Shown here in pieces: positions 19,046 to 28,410 of a DNA stretch of 64,000 nt. The notes under the pieces are model-generated. The model was not told the origin of the DNA and did no database searches. It saw only the letters and a list, made by a program, of their open reading frames with translations. The stretch lies in NCBI GenBank assembly GCA_021818445.1, contig JAKAEB010000011.1, positions 2,269 to 66,268 of the forward strand, read 5' to 3'. This DNA comes from Planctomycetota bacterium. Lineage in GTDB: Bacteria; Planctomycetota; Phycisphaerae; WQYP01. The translations under genes and the position numbers were made by a program. Each line of letters opens with the position of its first letter. The stretch's first letter is position 1.

Positions 19046-20032
19046 ATGATGGACAATTTGAACCACGATTTGAAAATCTTCGCCGGGCGCGCCAACCCGG
19101 AACTGGTGGCGCGAATTTGCGGTCATCTCGGACTGCATGTCGGACGGGCGCGAATTGAAACGTTTCCCGACGGCGAGGTGATGGTCAAGCTGGAGGAGGA
19201 TGTCCGCGGGCGTGATTGCTTTATCGTGCAGCCGACATGCCCACCAGTCAATGACAATCTGGTTGAATTGCTGGTGTGGATCGATTGTCTGATGCGCGCG
19301 TCCGCAGCTCGGATCACGGCCGTGATACCCTATTTCGGCTATGCCCGGCAGGACCGTAAAAGTGAGGGGCGCACACCGATCACGGCCAAGATGGTAGCCA
19401 ACATCATCACCGCCGCGGGTGTTGACCGCGTTATCGCCATGGATTTGCACGCCGCCCAAGTGCAGGGCTTTTTTGATTTGCCGGTCGATCATCTTCTGGC
19501 TTCGCCGGTGTTTTTGAGTTGGTACCACAAGCAACTGCCGGAGCTTGGGCGTATCGCCATTGTCTCGCCGGATCCGGGAAATCTGAAGGCCGCAAGCTAT
19601 TACGCGGAGATGCTTGGTGGCGATTTGGCATTTATTGATAAGCGGCGCCAATCGGGTACGAAGGTATTCATGTCAACCATCGTGGGCGATGTGGTGGACA
19701 AAACCGTCCTGATGTTTGACGACATGATCACCACCGGTGGAACGGTGGCCGAAGCCAGTAAAATTTTAATGGATCGGGGTGCCCGGGCGGTGCACATAGC
19801 GGCGACCCACGGCATTTTTGCGGGAGCCGCGATTGAGCGGATCGCGAAGAGCCCTATCAGCCGGATCGTGGTAACCGACACGGTGCCGCTGGATGCGCGG
19901 CTGGACCCGGTTCGGGATCGGCTGGAGGTGCTTTCCATATCGGACTTGCTCGGCGAGGCGATTCGTCGCATACACCTCAATGAATCGGTATCCAGTTTGT
20001 TTGACAAAGGTGGTAATGGCGGCAAGCGATAG
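19046..20032 (+). CDS. prs: ribose-phosphate pyrophosphokinase
   Basis: Full-length Prs with PRPP-binding site (DDMITTGGT). Confidence 0.9.
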   Translation: MMDNLNHDLKIFAGRANPELVARICGHLGLHVGRARIETFPDGEVMVKLEEDVRGRDCFIVQPTCPPVNDNLVELLVWIDCLMRASAARITAVIPYFGYARQDRKSEGRTPITAKMVANIITAAGVDRVIAMDLHAAQVQGFFDLPVDHLLASPVFLSWYHKQLPELGRIAIVSPDPGNLKAASYYAEMLGGDLAFIDKRRQSGTKVFMSTIVGDVVDKTVLMFDDMITTGGTVAEASKILMDRGARAVHIAATHGIFAGAAIERIAKSPISRIVVTDTVPLDARLDPVRDRLEVLSISDLLGEAIRRIHLNESVSSLFDKGGNGGKR

Positions 20033-20102
20033 AAGCGCCGGCCGCAGATGTTAATGGAGGCCCCGAATGGGGTCTACAGGTTTTTTCAGGAGAATGTGAG
20101 CC

Positions 20103-20807
20103 ATGGTGGCCAAGACAATCAGTGAACGTATCGTGCTCGAAACAGAATCTCGTACGGCGTCCGGTCGGTTAGGCACCGACCGCCTCCGCGCTGAGGGAAG
20201 ACTGCCCGCCGTTATTTACGGCATCAAGGGGCAGAGCACGTCGGTGAGTATTGATGCAGCGTTGGCGGAACGTGCCGTGCACAGCGGTGCGCATCTGCTG
20301 GATTTGAAATTAAACGGGCAAATTGAGCACGTGCTCATTCAGGATGTGCAGTATGACCACCTGAATAAGAATATTTTGCACGTGGACTTTCTGCGGATCG
20401 ATCCGACTAAGAAAGTCCATGTCCGCCTGCCGCTGGAATTTAAGGGCGTCGCCAAAGGATCCAAAGAGGGTGGCGTACTGGATGTGCAGCATGCCGAACT
20501 GGAAGTTGAGACCTTGCCGCTGGAAATTCCGGACAGCCTGCGTGTGAATATCGACGATATGGAACTCAACGCTGCCATTCACGCGCGTGATATTGCCCTT
20601 CCGCCGGGGATGCGGCTATTAACCCCCGGTGAACAGATCGTGTGCCAGGTGAAACTGCCGAAGGCCGTCGACACCACAGCGGATGCGACGCCCGGACCAA
20701 CCGAGCCGGAAGTGATCGGCAAGAAGGTTGAAGAGGCGGTGGCGGGTACGGCGGCGGCGGCAGCGCCGGGTGCGGCCGGCAGTAAACCGGCCGGCGGTAA
20801 GAAATAA
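20103..20807 (+). CDS. rplY: 50S ribosomal protein L25 / general stress protein Ctc
   Basis: L25/Ctc family N-terminal beta-barrel (RLPAVIYG...) with an extended Ala/Pro-rich C-terminus; operon position between prs and pth. Confidence 0.85.
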   Translation: MVAKTISERIVLETESRTASGRLGTDRLRAEGRLPAVIYGIKGQSTSVSIDAALAERAVHSGAHLLDLKLNGQIEHVLIQDVQYDHLNKNILHVDFLRIDPTKKVHVRLPLEFKGVAKGSKEGGVLDVQHAELEVETLPLEIPDSLRVNIDDMELNAAIHARDIALPPGMRLLTPGEQIVCQVKLPKAVDTTADATPGPTEPEVIGKKVEEAVAGTAAAAAPGAAGSKPAGGKK

Positions 20808-20874
20808 CGACACCCGGTCCGCCTGATTTGGCATTCAGGACTGCGGCAAGCGCGTGGTGCGCGTGGCGATTGAC

Positions 20875-21450
20875 ATGAAGCTTATCGTTGGCTTGGGCAA
20901 TCCGGGTTCGGAATATGAGCATACGCGGCACAACGCAGGATTTATGCTGGCCGACACGTTGGCCCGCTTAAACCATGCGGATCGCTGGCGCAAAGCGTTT
21001 CGCGGCCTGACTGCGGACTATCTTCTGGATAATCAGAAGGTGGTGTTGCTGAAGCCGGAAACATTTATGAATCTCAGCGGTCGCGCCGTGGGTGCGGCGA
21101 TTGACTTTTATCAATTGCCCGTGGATGACCTGCTTGTTTTGGTCGATGACATCGCCCTGCCGAACGGCAAAATTCGGCTAAGGGGTGGCGGGTCGAGTGG
21201 GGGCCACAATGGGCTGGCGCATATTGCCACCACGTTGAAGGGGTTAGATCAACGCGGAGCGGACTTTGCCCGCTTGCGAATTGGCGTGGGATCCCCCGGG
21301 CCTGTTCCTCTGGAACGCTATGTTTTGTCGCGTTTCAGCCCGGCGGAGGAGAGGGAATTGGAGGGGGCTTTAATTCGAGGCGCGAAGGCGGTAGACTGTT
21401 GGGTTCGGTCGGGGACAGTCGCCGCTATGAATGAGTTCAACGGCGGGTGA
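20875..21450 (+). CDS. pth: peptidyl-tRNA hydrolase
   Basis: MKLIVGLGNPGSEYEHTRHNAGF N-terminal signature of Pth. Confidence 0.85.
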   Translation: MKLIVGLGNPGSEYEHTRHNAGFMLADTLARLNHADRWRKAFRGLTADYLLDNQKVVLLKPETFMNLSGRAVGAAIDFYQLPVDDLLVLVDDIALPNGKIRLRGGGSSGGHNGLAHIATTLKGLDQRGADFARLRIGVGSPGPVPLERYVLSRFSPAEERELEGALIRGAKAVDCWVRSGTVAAMNEFNGG

Positions 21451-21648
21451 AAATTCGCCGGGTTTATGGCGGAGAGTTTGAGAAGGCTACCTCGCGGTGC
21501 GGCGGCCGGCCGATTCCGGGCACCTGCATGAAGCGGGTTTTAGGCCTTGGGGAGACGGAAAAAGTTGCGTATTTGTTTCAACGGGGAAACCCATGGCGAT
21601 GCACGTGGCATCGCTCGCCGTTGAATGTGTTTTTGGAGTTCAGTATTT

Positions 21649-22086
21649 ATGTCGGCACATATTGGCCAATATGAGGGATTGTTTCTGATTAACGCTGCCC
21701 ACGCTGGTGGGAACTGGGATGCCGCCCGCCAGGAGGTGGAGCATATCCTGGGACGCGCCAACGCAGAAGTGTTGCATCTGCGCAAATGGGATGAACGCCG
21801 TCTGGCCTATCCTATTGACGGACACAAACGCGGCGTTTACGCACTGGCGTTTTTCCGTTGTGAGGGGCCCAAGGTGGCCGGTATTGAGCGCGACGTACAA
21901 CTCTCCGCCAATATTATTCGTGTATTGATTACCAAGGCCGACCATCTGGCGCTGGCGGATGTGGAGCAAATGGTACCCCAGCAGCCGGTGGTCGATGAGC
22001 ATTCGGGACGCGGACACCGACGGTCGCATGACCGTCAGCCTGATCGCGCGGCGGATGCATCGGCCGAGCCGGAAATGACGGCTTAA
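21649..22086 (+). CDS. rpsF: 30S ribosomal protein S6
   Basis: YEGLFLIN...KWDERRLAYPIDGHKRGVY pattern of S6; acidic C-terminal tail. Confidence 0.8.
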   Translation: MSAHIGQYEGLFLINAAHAGGNWDAARQEVEHILGRANAEVLHLRKWDERRLAYPIDGHKRGVYALAFFRCEGPKVAGIERDVQLSANIIRVLITKADHLALADVEQMVPQQPVVDEHSGRGHRRSHDRQPDRAADASAEPEMTA

Positions 22087-22167
22087 TAACCGGACGTGGT
22101 TAGCTCTCGAAGCAAGTTTTCGGGGGTAGGCGTGTTTGACGATCGCACGCAATAAGAAGATTGAATT

Positions 22168-22638
22168 ATGGCGAATTTGAACAAAGTTTTTCTGATGGGT
22201 AATCTCACTCGAGACCCGCAGCTATCTTACACGCCGTCACAAACGCCGGTGTGCGAGTTGGGAATGGCGATCAATCGGCGATGGACCGGACAGGACGGCC
22301 AGCAGAAGGAGGAAGTCACCTACGTCGACTGCACCTCCTACGGCAAACAGGCGGAGACCCTTGCAAAATACATGAAAAAGGGGCGACCGCTGTTTGTTGA
22401 GGGCCGTCTTAAACTGGATCAGTGGGAAGCTCAGGATGGATCAAAGCGATCCAAAATGCGTATCGTTATTGAGGGGTTCCAATTTCTTGGTGGGCCGGAT
22501 TCCCGTTCAGGCGATGCGGCCGAAGGTGGCGGTGGCCAGCGCTATCAACCTCGATCGGCACCGGCGGCGGGACGACCAGCCGCCCCACAGACGGACGATG
22601 AACCGCCACCGGTATCGGACGACGATATTCCGTTTTGA
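22168..22638 (+). CDS. ssb: single-stranded DNA-binding protein
   Basis: MANLNKVFLMGNLTRDP OB-fold N-terminus, Gly/Pro-rich linker and acidic C-terminal tip (DDDIPF). Confidence 0.85.
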   Translation: MANLNKVFLMGNLTRDPQLSYTPSQTPVCELGMAINRRWTGQDGQQKEEVTYVDCTSYGKQAETLAKYMKKGRPLFVEGRLKLDQWEAQDGSKRSKMRIVIEGFQFLGGPDSRSGDAAEGGGGQRYQPRSAPAAGRPAAPQTDDEPPPVSDDDIPF

Positions 22639-22718
22639 CGGTATTTTGAAATCGTGTTGCGATGGGCAGATGCCATCGGACATTTAACCACTAGCTCGAT
22701 GAATTGATGAGGTGCATG

Positions 22719-23237
22719 ATGAAAGTTTTATTGACAGACTCAATTGATAAGGTCGGTATTGTCGGCACTGTTGTGGATGTAAGCGAAGGCTACGCCCGCA
22801 ATTACCTGTTGCCCAAAAAACTGGCCACCACACCGACGCAGGGTAATATCCAGCGTTTGGAGGCCGCCCGTAAGGAACACGAAGCGCACATGAAGTTGCT
22901 GCGCGAGCAAAAGGAAGCCTTGCTTGAGGCCATCACTGGCCTGGAACTCACCATAGCGCGTGCATCGAACGAAGAGGGCCACCTGTTTGGGTCGGTATCG
23001 CGGCGCGACATCTCGGAAGAGCTGATGAAACTTGGACATGCTGTTACACCCGACGATGTGCGGCTTGATGAACCTCTGCGTCGTATTGACACCTTTATGG
23101 TCAATGTGCAGTTGGCATCCGACCTTAAAACTCAGATCAAAATCTGGGTGGTGCGTGAAAAGACGGCCGAGGAAGCCGCAGCGGCTCAGCAAGGTACCGC
23201 TGGCGATGCGGCTGCAGCGGCACCAGTGGCGGAATAA
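22719..23237 (+). CDS. rplI: 50S ribosomal protein L9
   Basis: MKVLLTDSIDKVGIVGTVVDVSEGYARNYLLPKKLA N-terminal L9 signature. Confidence 0.85.
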   Translation: MKVLLTDSIDKVGIVGTVVDVSEGYARNYLLPKKLATTPTQGNIQRLEAARKEHEAHMKLLREQKEALLEAITGLELTIARASNEEGHLFGSVSRRDISEELMKLGHAVTPDDVRLDEPLRRIDTFMVNVQLASDLKTQIKIWVVREKTAEEAAAAQQGTAGDAAAAAPVAE

Positions 23238-23314
23238 TGTGCTGGCAGCAGCACGGCTTTGCGGCCGCGCTGTGTAAAATGGCAGTACTCCGTCCCAAAG
23301 GACTTTGTAAAAAA

Positions 23315-23350
23315 GCCGATATGGGTTTGAACGCCGTATCGGTTTTTTTT
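23315..23350 (+). terminator. rho-independent terminator after rplI
   Basis: Hairpin CCGATA-(15-nt loop)-TATCGG (6-bp stem) followed by T8. Confidence 0.5.
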
Positions 23351-23351
23351 A

Positions 23352-24131
23352 ATGGCCATGCGAATAATGATTTACAACATACTCGACGGCGGCACGGGCC
23401 GAATCGACCCGATCTGTCATGTGATTGGTTCGGCGCATCCGGACATTGTATTGCTTTGCGAAGCGACGGATCACATGCAGACGATGACCATCGCACGCAA
23501 ACTGGAAATGGCCGTGTTTCCAGCCCAATTGCCAAATAATCCCCGCGGGGCCGTGGCGTTACTTAGCCGATGGGAAATTGCCCAAGCCGTCAATTGGGGC
23601 GCAATCAACCCGAAGGAAAAATCGGCCGCACTTATCGCGACGGTGCGGAAATCGGATAGGGATGTGGTCGTTGTGGGTTCGCACTTTGCCTATGCATGCC
23701 ATGGCGATGACGAAAGACGACAACTGGAAACAATAATCGCCAGCGCAGCACCGGCAGGACAACGGCAAACGGACATGCTGCTGTTAATCGGTGATGCAAC
23801 TGATGAAGGCAGTCAAAAACAGGATGGGAATGTGGGAGAGGCAAAAGCCAGCCCGTCGCCTGGAACCGCCCCACTGCCACCCGTGAAGGCCGCCGAAAAC
23901 GGTGCGTTGGCTTTTTTGGAACAGCACGGCTGGATTGACACCCACATTGCGGAATCCAATGGCAGTTTGCCGACGCCAAATTACCCAACATACAAGCCGA
24001 CATCGCGAGCCGACCGGATTTTCGTCAAAAACACGCCATATTTGCGAATTGAAAGCTCCCGGGTGATTCAAAATCCGTTGGCAAGATTTGCAAGCGATCA
24101 CTATCCAGTGGTTGCGGATGTAGCATTTTGA
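23352..24131 (+). CDS. endonuclease/exonuclease/phosphatase (EEP) family protein
   Basis: C-terminal SDHYPVVADV motif and overall EEP-fold pattern. Confidence 0.65.
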   Translation: MAMRIMIYNILDGGTGRIDPICHVIGSAHPDIVLLCEATDHMQTMTIARKLEMAVFPAQLPNNPRGAVALLSRWEIAQAVNWGAINPKEKSAALIATVRKSDRDVVVVGSHFAYACHGDDERRQLETIIASAAPAGQRQTDMLLLIGDATDEGSQKQDGNVGEAKASPSPGTAPLPPVKAAENGALAFLEQHGWIDTHIAESNGSLPTPNYPTYKPTSRADRIFVKNTPYLRIESSRVIQNPLARFASDHYPVVADVAF

Positions 24132-24216
24132 CGGCGCGCCTGCATGTTTTCTCCGCCACGGTCGTTAAAGCTGATAGAATACCCCCGGCGTCTTATACGG
24201 TAACGGAGGCAATCAT

Positions 24217-24930
24217 ATGAACCGCTTAAAATATCTTCTGGCGGTATTGTTGTGCCTATGCGCTGCGGCGGTGACCAAAGCCGGTACAGGTCCCACTACC
24301 GCCCCGGCGAAACGTACCATCACCTACCCGGATTATTCTACGCCCCGCCGGGCGGTGCAAACTTTTATATGGGCAGTCGAAGGGCATGATTCAGGCAAAA
24401 TATCAGCCTGCCTTTACGGACGCACCAAGCTGGAGGAATCGGCCGCCAACGCCTTTGCCCAGATGACCGCGGCGATGGGGTCGATGCTGGCGACGGCCAA
24501 GAATCGGTTGGGACCTCCGCCGGGCCACGCGCAGGCACCATCTTTTACTGCCCGGCTTGAAGCTTTACGGAAGGCATTGGTGCATTCGACCGTTTCGATC
24601 AAGGGCGACAGGGCTGTGATTGGATTTACGACGGAAAAGGGAGGCGCGGCTCGAAAATCTCTGCATCTGGTAAAGCGCGGGGCAGAATGGAAATTGAATA
24701 TTCAATATATGCTGCATCTTAGTCAGAAGGGATTGACGCACAAGCTCATTCGGCACCGCATCGCCAACGAGTTGACATTTGCCCATTTGCTGCGGTCGAT
24801 AAAAGCCGATTTAATTTCGGGCAAGATCAAAACATGGCGACAATTTACGGTGGATTTTGAATCGCGTGTGCTCGCGGTCACTGCCCGCAAAGAGGCGGAA
24901 AAAGAGGCCAAACACAAAGTACCGCATTGA
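24217..24930 (+). CDS. hypothetical secreted protein (237 aa)
   Basis: Cleavable signal peptide (LLAVLLCLCAAAVTKAG); no recognisable domain. Confidence 0.45.
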   Translation: MNRLKYLLAVLLCLCAAAVTKAGTGPTTAPAKRTITYPDYSTPRRAVQTFIWAVEGHDSGKISACLYGRTKLEESAANAFAQMTAAMGSMLATAKNRLGPPPGHAQAPSFTARLEALRKALVHSTVSIKGDRAVIGFTTEKGGAARKSLHLVKRGAEWKLNIQYMLHLSQKGLTHKLIRHRIANELTFAHLLRSIKADLISGKIKTWRQFTVDFESRVLAVTARKEAEKEAKHKVPH

Positions 24931-24976
24931 TGTTGGAAACGCTTCGTCTGTGCGATGAATGAGGTGGTCGGGGGGC

Positions 24977-25756
24977 CTACCCTTTCTTCCAGTATCGCTT
25001 GAAAATAAAGCCGGTCAGCCCCAGCATAATCAGCCCGAGCGGCAGGCCAAGTACGGCGATTTGAGAAAATAGCTGATACATCGATGAATGCCCTTTCGCC
25101 GCCGAGCTTTCAGCGCCCGTCGGCCCCGCGGTAAGATGCACCACGGCCCAAATGCCGATGCCCAAGGCGACGAGTCCCATGGCAACTAATATCGGAATAA
25201 GCGTTTTATAATGCTCGGGCATACCTGTCGATCGTTTGAGGGGAACCCTGTTTGCCACCGGTGCGCGATCTGCATGGGTTGGTGCGTCGTGCAGGGGCGG
25301 ATCGTCGACTTCTTCCACCGGCGCGGAGGTGTATATTGTCGGTTCAGAATTTGACGCATCGACCGAAACCGGGTCGTTATTAACAGGCCCGGCCGTGCTG
25401 TCAGCATCGGGCGGCGCGGGGGCATCGGGACGCACGGCGATAATTCTGGCTTCCGGTATTTCTCCGGTGTCCCGCCGCAGCGAGTCATGCCCTCCACCCA
25501 TGGCCGGCAGCGACCCGGAGGAGCCCGCACCGGAGCCACCGCCCATCCCGCCCTGGGCAAGCATCGCGGCAAACCCGGTGGCACTGGCGGAATCCGACTC
25601 ATTACGGCCACCATCGTTTTGGGCACCACCATAGTGACGTTCAAGTGCGGCCAATGCGTCGTCTGAAATAGACGGTTGCGCGGGCTTTCTGCCTCTGTTA
25701 TTCGATACCGAATCGCCAGACTTGTCCGAATTAGAACCTGCTGGTTTATTTGGCAT
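24977..25756 (-). CDS. hypothetical membrane protein with disordered Gly/Ser/Pro-rich N-terminal region and two C-terminal TM helices
   Basis: Low-complexity N-terminus; TM helices (LIPILVAMGLVALGIGIWAVV and IAVLGLPLGLIMLGLTGFIF). Confidence 0.4.
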   Translation of the reverse strand: MPNKPAGSNSDKSGDSVSNNRGRKPAQPSISDDALAALERHYGGAQNDGGRNESDSASATGFAAMLAQGGMGGGSGAGSSGSLPAMGGGHDSLRRDTGEIPEARIIAVRPDAPAPPDADSTAGPVNNDPVSVDASNSEPTIYTSAPVEEVDDPPLHDAPTHADRAPVANRVPLKRSTGMPEHYKTLIPILVAMGLVALGIGIWAVVHLTAGPTGAESSAAKGHSSMYQLFSQIAVLGLPLGLIMLGLTGFIFKRYWKKG

Positions 25757-26041
25757 GCCAACTCCCCAAAAATACAGCGGGACGTAGCGAATCCCTCCTG
25801 ATGTTTAAGTCATGATAACCTTTACGGTAAGGGGTTACAACGAAAAAGACCAAATTTTCTCTGCCATCCGGTCAACATGCGCATTGAATCGCGCTTTTGC
25901 CCCGTGATGCGGACGAAGGATAGAATTTCGCATAACATTCAGACTGCCGATTGCCGCTGTTGCCAACCGACAACGACAGCGATGGATGGCAATAAGATGG
26001 GGTGTCGGTGGACGGATATTACGGCGCTATGAAAGGCCAAT

Positions 26042-27457
26042 ATGAATTCACAGGAATTTGATCTGGTGGTTATCGGGGCTGGCCCGGCGGGTTATACCGG
26101 TGCCATTCGCGCCGCGCAGCTTGGCCTGCGTGTGGCATGCGTTGAAAAGGAAGCCAAACTTGGCGGCACGTGCCTGCGGGTGGGCTGCATACCCAGCAAA
26201 ACGTTATTGGACGCCACCGAGAAACTGGTAATGGCCCGCGATCACTTTTCTCACATTGGGATCCGGTGCGGTGAGGTATCGGCGGATATTTCGACGTTGA
26301 TGGCACGCAAGACGAAGGTTGTCGAGACATTATCCGGCGGTATTGCGGGATTATTTAAAAAGAACAAGGTAACCCACCTGCATGGAACGGCCCGGTTTCA
26401 ATCGCACGAGGAATTGACTGTGGAATCGGCATCCGGCTCGACCACGGTCAAGGCGCGACACTTTTTAATTGCCACGGGCAGCGTGCCGATTGAACTGCCC
26501 GATCTGCCTTTTGATGGACGAACCATTATTAATTCCGACCAGGCGATTGCCCTTGAAAAAGTGCCGGCAAAAATGGTGGTTATTGGCTCCGGTGCCATTG
26601 GGTTGGAACTCTCATCGGTATGGCGACGGCTGGGTGCCGATGTGACCGTCCTGGAACTGTTCCCATCGGTTTTGCCCGGCAGCGATGAGGAAATGGCCCG
26701 TCTGATGGAGATGGCCATGAAAGACCAGGGCCTGAAATTTCATTTCAATTCGCAGGCCGGCGGTGTGCGCCGCGAGAAAGATCAGCTTTTTGTTAAATAC
26801 ACAACCAAAGCGGGTGATCAGAAGGAACAGTCCGGCGAACTGCCTGCCGATGTGGTTTTGGTTGCAGTGGGTCGGCGGGCCTTTACCGGCCAACTGGGCT
26901 TGGAACAGATTGGCGTGAAGTTGGATAACCGCGGCCGGGTGGAGATCAATGGGCATTGGCGCACCAATGTTGAATCAATATTTGCGGTGGGCGATGTCGT
27001 AGCCGGGCCCATGCTGGCACATAAGGCGGAGGAGGAAGCCGTGGCATGTGTCGAGCAACTGGCCGGACATGCCGGGCACGTGGACTATGGCACAATTCCT
27101 TTTGTGGTGTATACATCGCCAGAACTTGCGTGGGTAGGCAAAACCCAGGAACAGCTCAAACAGGCGGGGGTCGACTTTAAGGTTGGTAAATTCAGGTTTG
27201 CCGCCAATTCGCGTGCGATATGCATGAATGATACATTTGGCATGGTAAAGATTCTGGCCGACAGCCAGACTGACCGCGTGCTGGGTGTGCATGTCATTGG
27301 ACCGCAGGCATCGAGCCTGATTGCCGAGGCCGTCATGGCGATGGCCATGGGTGCCAGCAGCGAAGACATTGCGCGCACGTGCCATGCGCATCCCACGCTG
27401 CCGGAAGCCATGCGGGAAGCGGCGCTGGGCGTTGACGGCCGCACCATCAATTCCTGA
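26042..27457 (+). CDS. lpdA: dihydrolipoyl dehydrogenase
   Basis: DLVVIGAGPAGY FAD motif, redox-active GGTCLRVGCIPSK disulfide, C-terminal HAHPTLPE dimerisation motif. Confidence 0.9.
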   Translation: MNSQEFDLVVIGAGPAGYTGAIRAAQLGLRVACVEKEAKLGGTCLRVGCIPSKTLLDATEKLVMARDHFSHIGIRCGEVSADISTLMARKTKVVETLSGGIAGLFKKNKVTHLHGTARFQSHEELTVESASGSTTVKARHFLIATGSVPIELPDLPFDGRTIINSDQAIALEKVPAKMVVIGSGAIGLELSSVWRRLGADVTVLELFPSVLPGSDEEMARLMEMAMKDQGLKFHFNSQAGGVRREKDQLFVKYTTKAGDQKEQSGELPADVVLVAVGRRAFTGQLGLEQIGVKLDNRGRVEINGHWRTNVESIFAVGDVVAGPMLAHKAEEEAVACVEQLAGHAGHVDYGTIPFVVYTSPELAWVGKTQEQLKQAGVDFKVGKFRFAANSRAICMNDTFGMVKILADSQTDRVLGVHVIGPQASSLIAEAVMAMAMGASSEDIARTCHAHPTLPEAMREAALGVDGRTINS

Positions 27458-27671
27458 CGGACTGCGCCCGGCCGACTGCTGGCTTGGCGATCGTCCGTTT
27501 CCGGTTTCAGGCGAAACCACACTTTGCGCGATTGGCCACTCTCGAGTTGACGGGCGTGGCCATTTTTCCCGGGCGGAGGTTAGGCCGCCAAAAAAATTTG
27601 GCCGGTTGGCTGCACATCGGTTTGCATCTCTATTTTGCGCCAGTAGGATGGACGCAAAGGAGTGTGCACGA

Positions 27672-28391
27672 ATGGCTGATATGGCAGTGCTGATTGTGAT
27701 GGCGGATCCACCCTGGGCGATTGCAGGTTCCGGCCATCCATTTCATAAGGCGGATAGCCGCGAGATTTTCCTGCGTACCATCGAACTTTATGCCAACCGC
27801 GACAATATTGAGCAGCGAATATTGTGTGTGCTGCCGGACGATCTTTCGCGCGTCAATTCCCGGTACGGGCCCAATTTGGGGTTTCAGGGCGTGGCGGTAT
27901 CAGCGGCTGGCCCGGACTGGTTCGGCACAGTGGCGCACGGGCTTAAAAAGCTTGATCCGCAGATCAAATGGGTCATCATTCATGACGCATCCTGCCCCGC
28001 GGCACCGCAGACATTAATCGATGACCTTGAGGCGGCCGCCGCTCAAACGGGTGCCGCATGCGCGGTAACGGCCGTGCAATGTTTGATGGCAAAAAATAAT
28101 AAACCCGGTCAGGCTCTTTCACCGTCCGTCGTCAAGGGATATCAGATACAGTCACCATGCATTTTTTCCCGTGAATTGATCTGCCGGGCGTATGACGCAC
28201 GCAAACCGGCGACGGATGACTGTGCATTGGTTGAGGCGGCGGGTGGGAAGGTGCAGCCGATTGAAGGTGCGCCATTGAATATGCGCATCGATTCTGATGC
28301 GATGGTGCGACTTTCCGGAGATTTGATCCGCCATCTGCCCAAGCCGAAACCCAAAGGGCCTATGACACCCTTTGAAGAAGCCCAGTGGTGA
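27672..28391 (+). CDS. ispD: IspD-like 2-C-methyl-D-erythritol 4-phosphate cytidylyltransferase family protein (divergent N-terminal motif)
   Basis: VIIHDAS-CPAA...GAACAVTAV...VQPIEGAPLNMRID resembles the IspD core. AAGGAG RBS 9 nt upstream of the ATG at 27672. The long ORF 27321..28391 starts inside lpdA and is not used. Confidence 0.6.
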   Translation: MADMAVLIVMADPPWAIAGSGHPFHKADSREIFLRTIELYANRDNIEQRILCVLPDDLSRVNSRYGPNLGFQGVAVSAAGPDWFGTVAHGLKKLDPQIKWVIIHDASCPAAPQTLIDDLEAAAAQTGAACAVTAVQCLMAKNNKPGQALSPSVVKGYQIQSPCIFSRELICRAYDARKPATDDCALVEAAGGKVQPIEGAPLNMRIDSDAMVRLSGDLIRHLPKPKPKGPMTPFEEAQW

Positions 28392-28410
28392 TGAGGGGGC
28401 TGCGGCCGGA

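Noticed and set aside
27321-27671. N-terminal 117 codons of the long ORF 27321..28391
   Set aside because: This part lies inside lpdA in another frame, is Arg/Pro/Trp-rich with no similarity, and an RBS-preceded ATG at 27672 gives a normal-length IspD-like protein.
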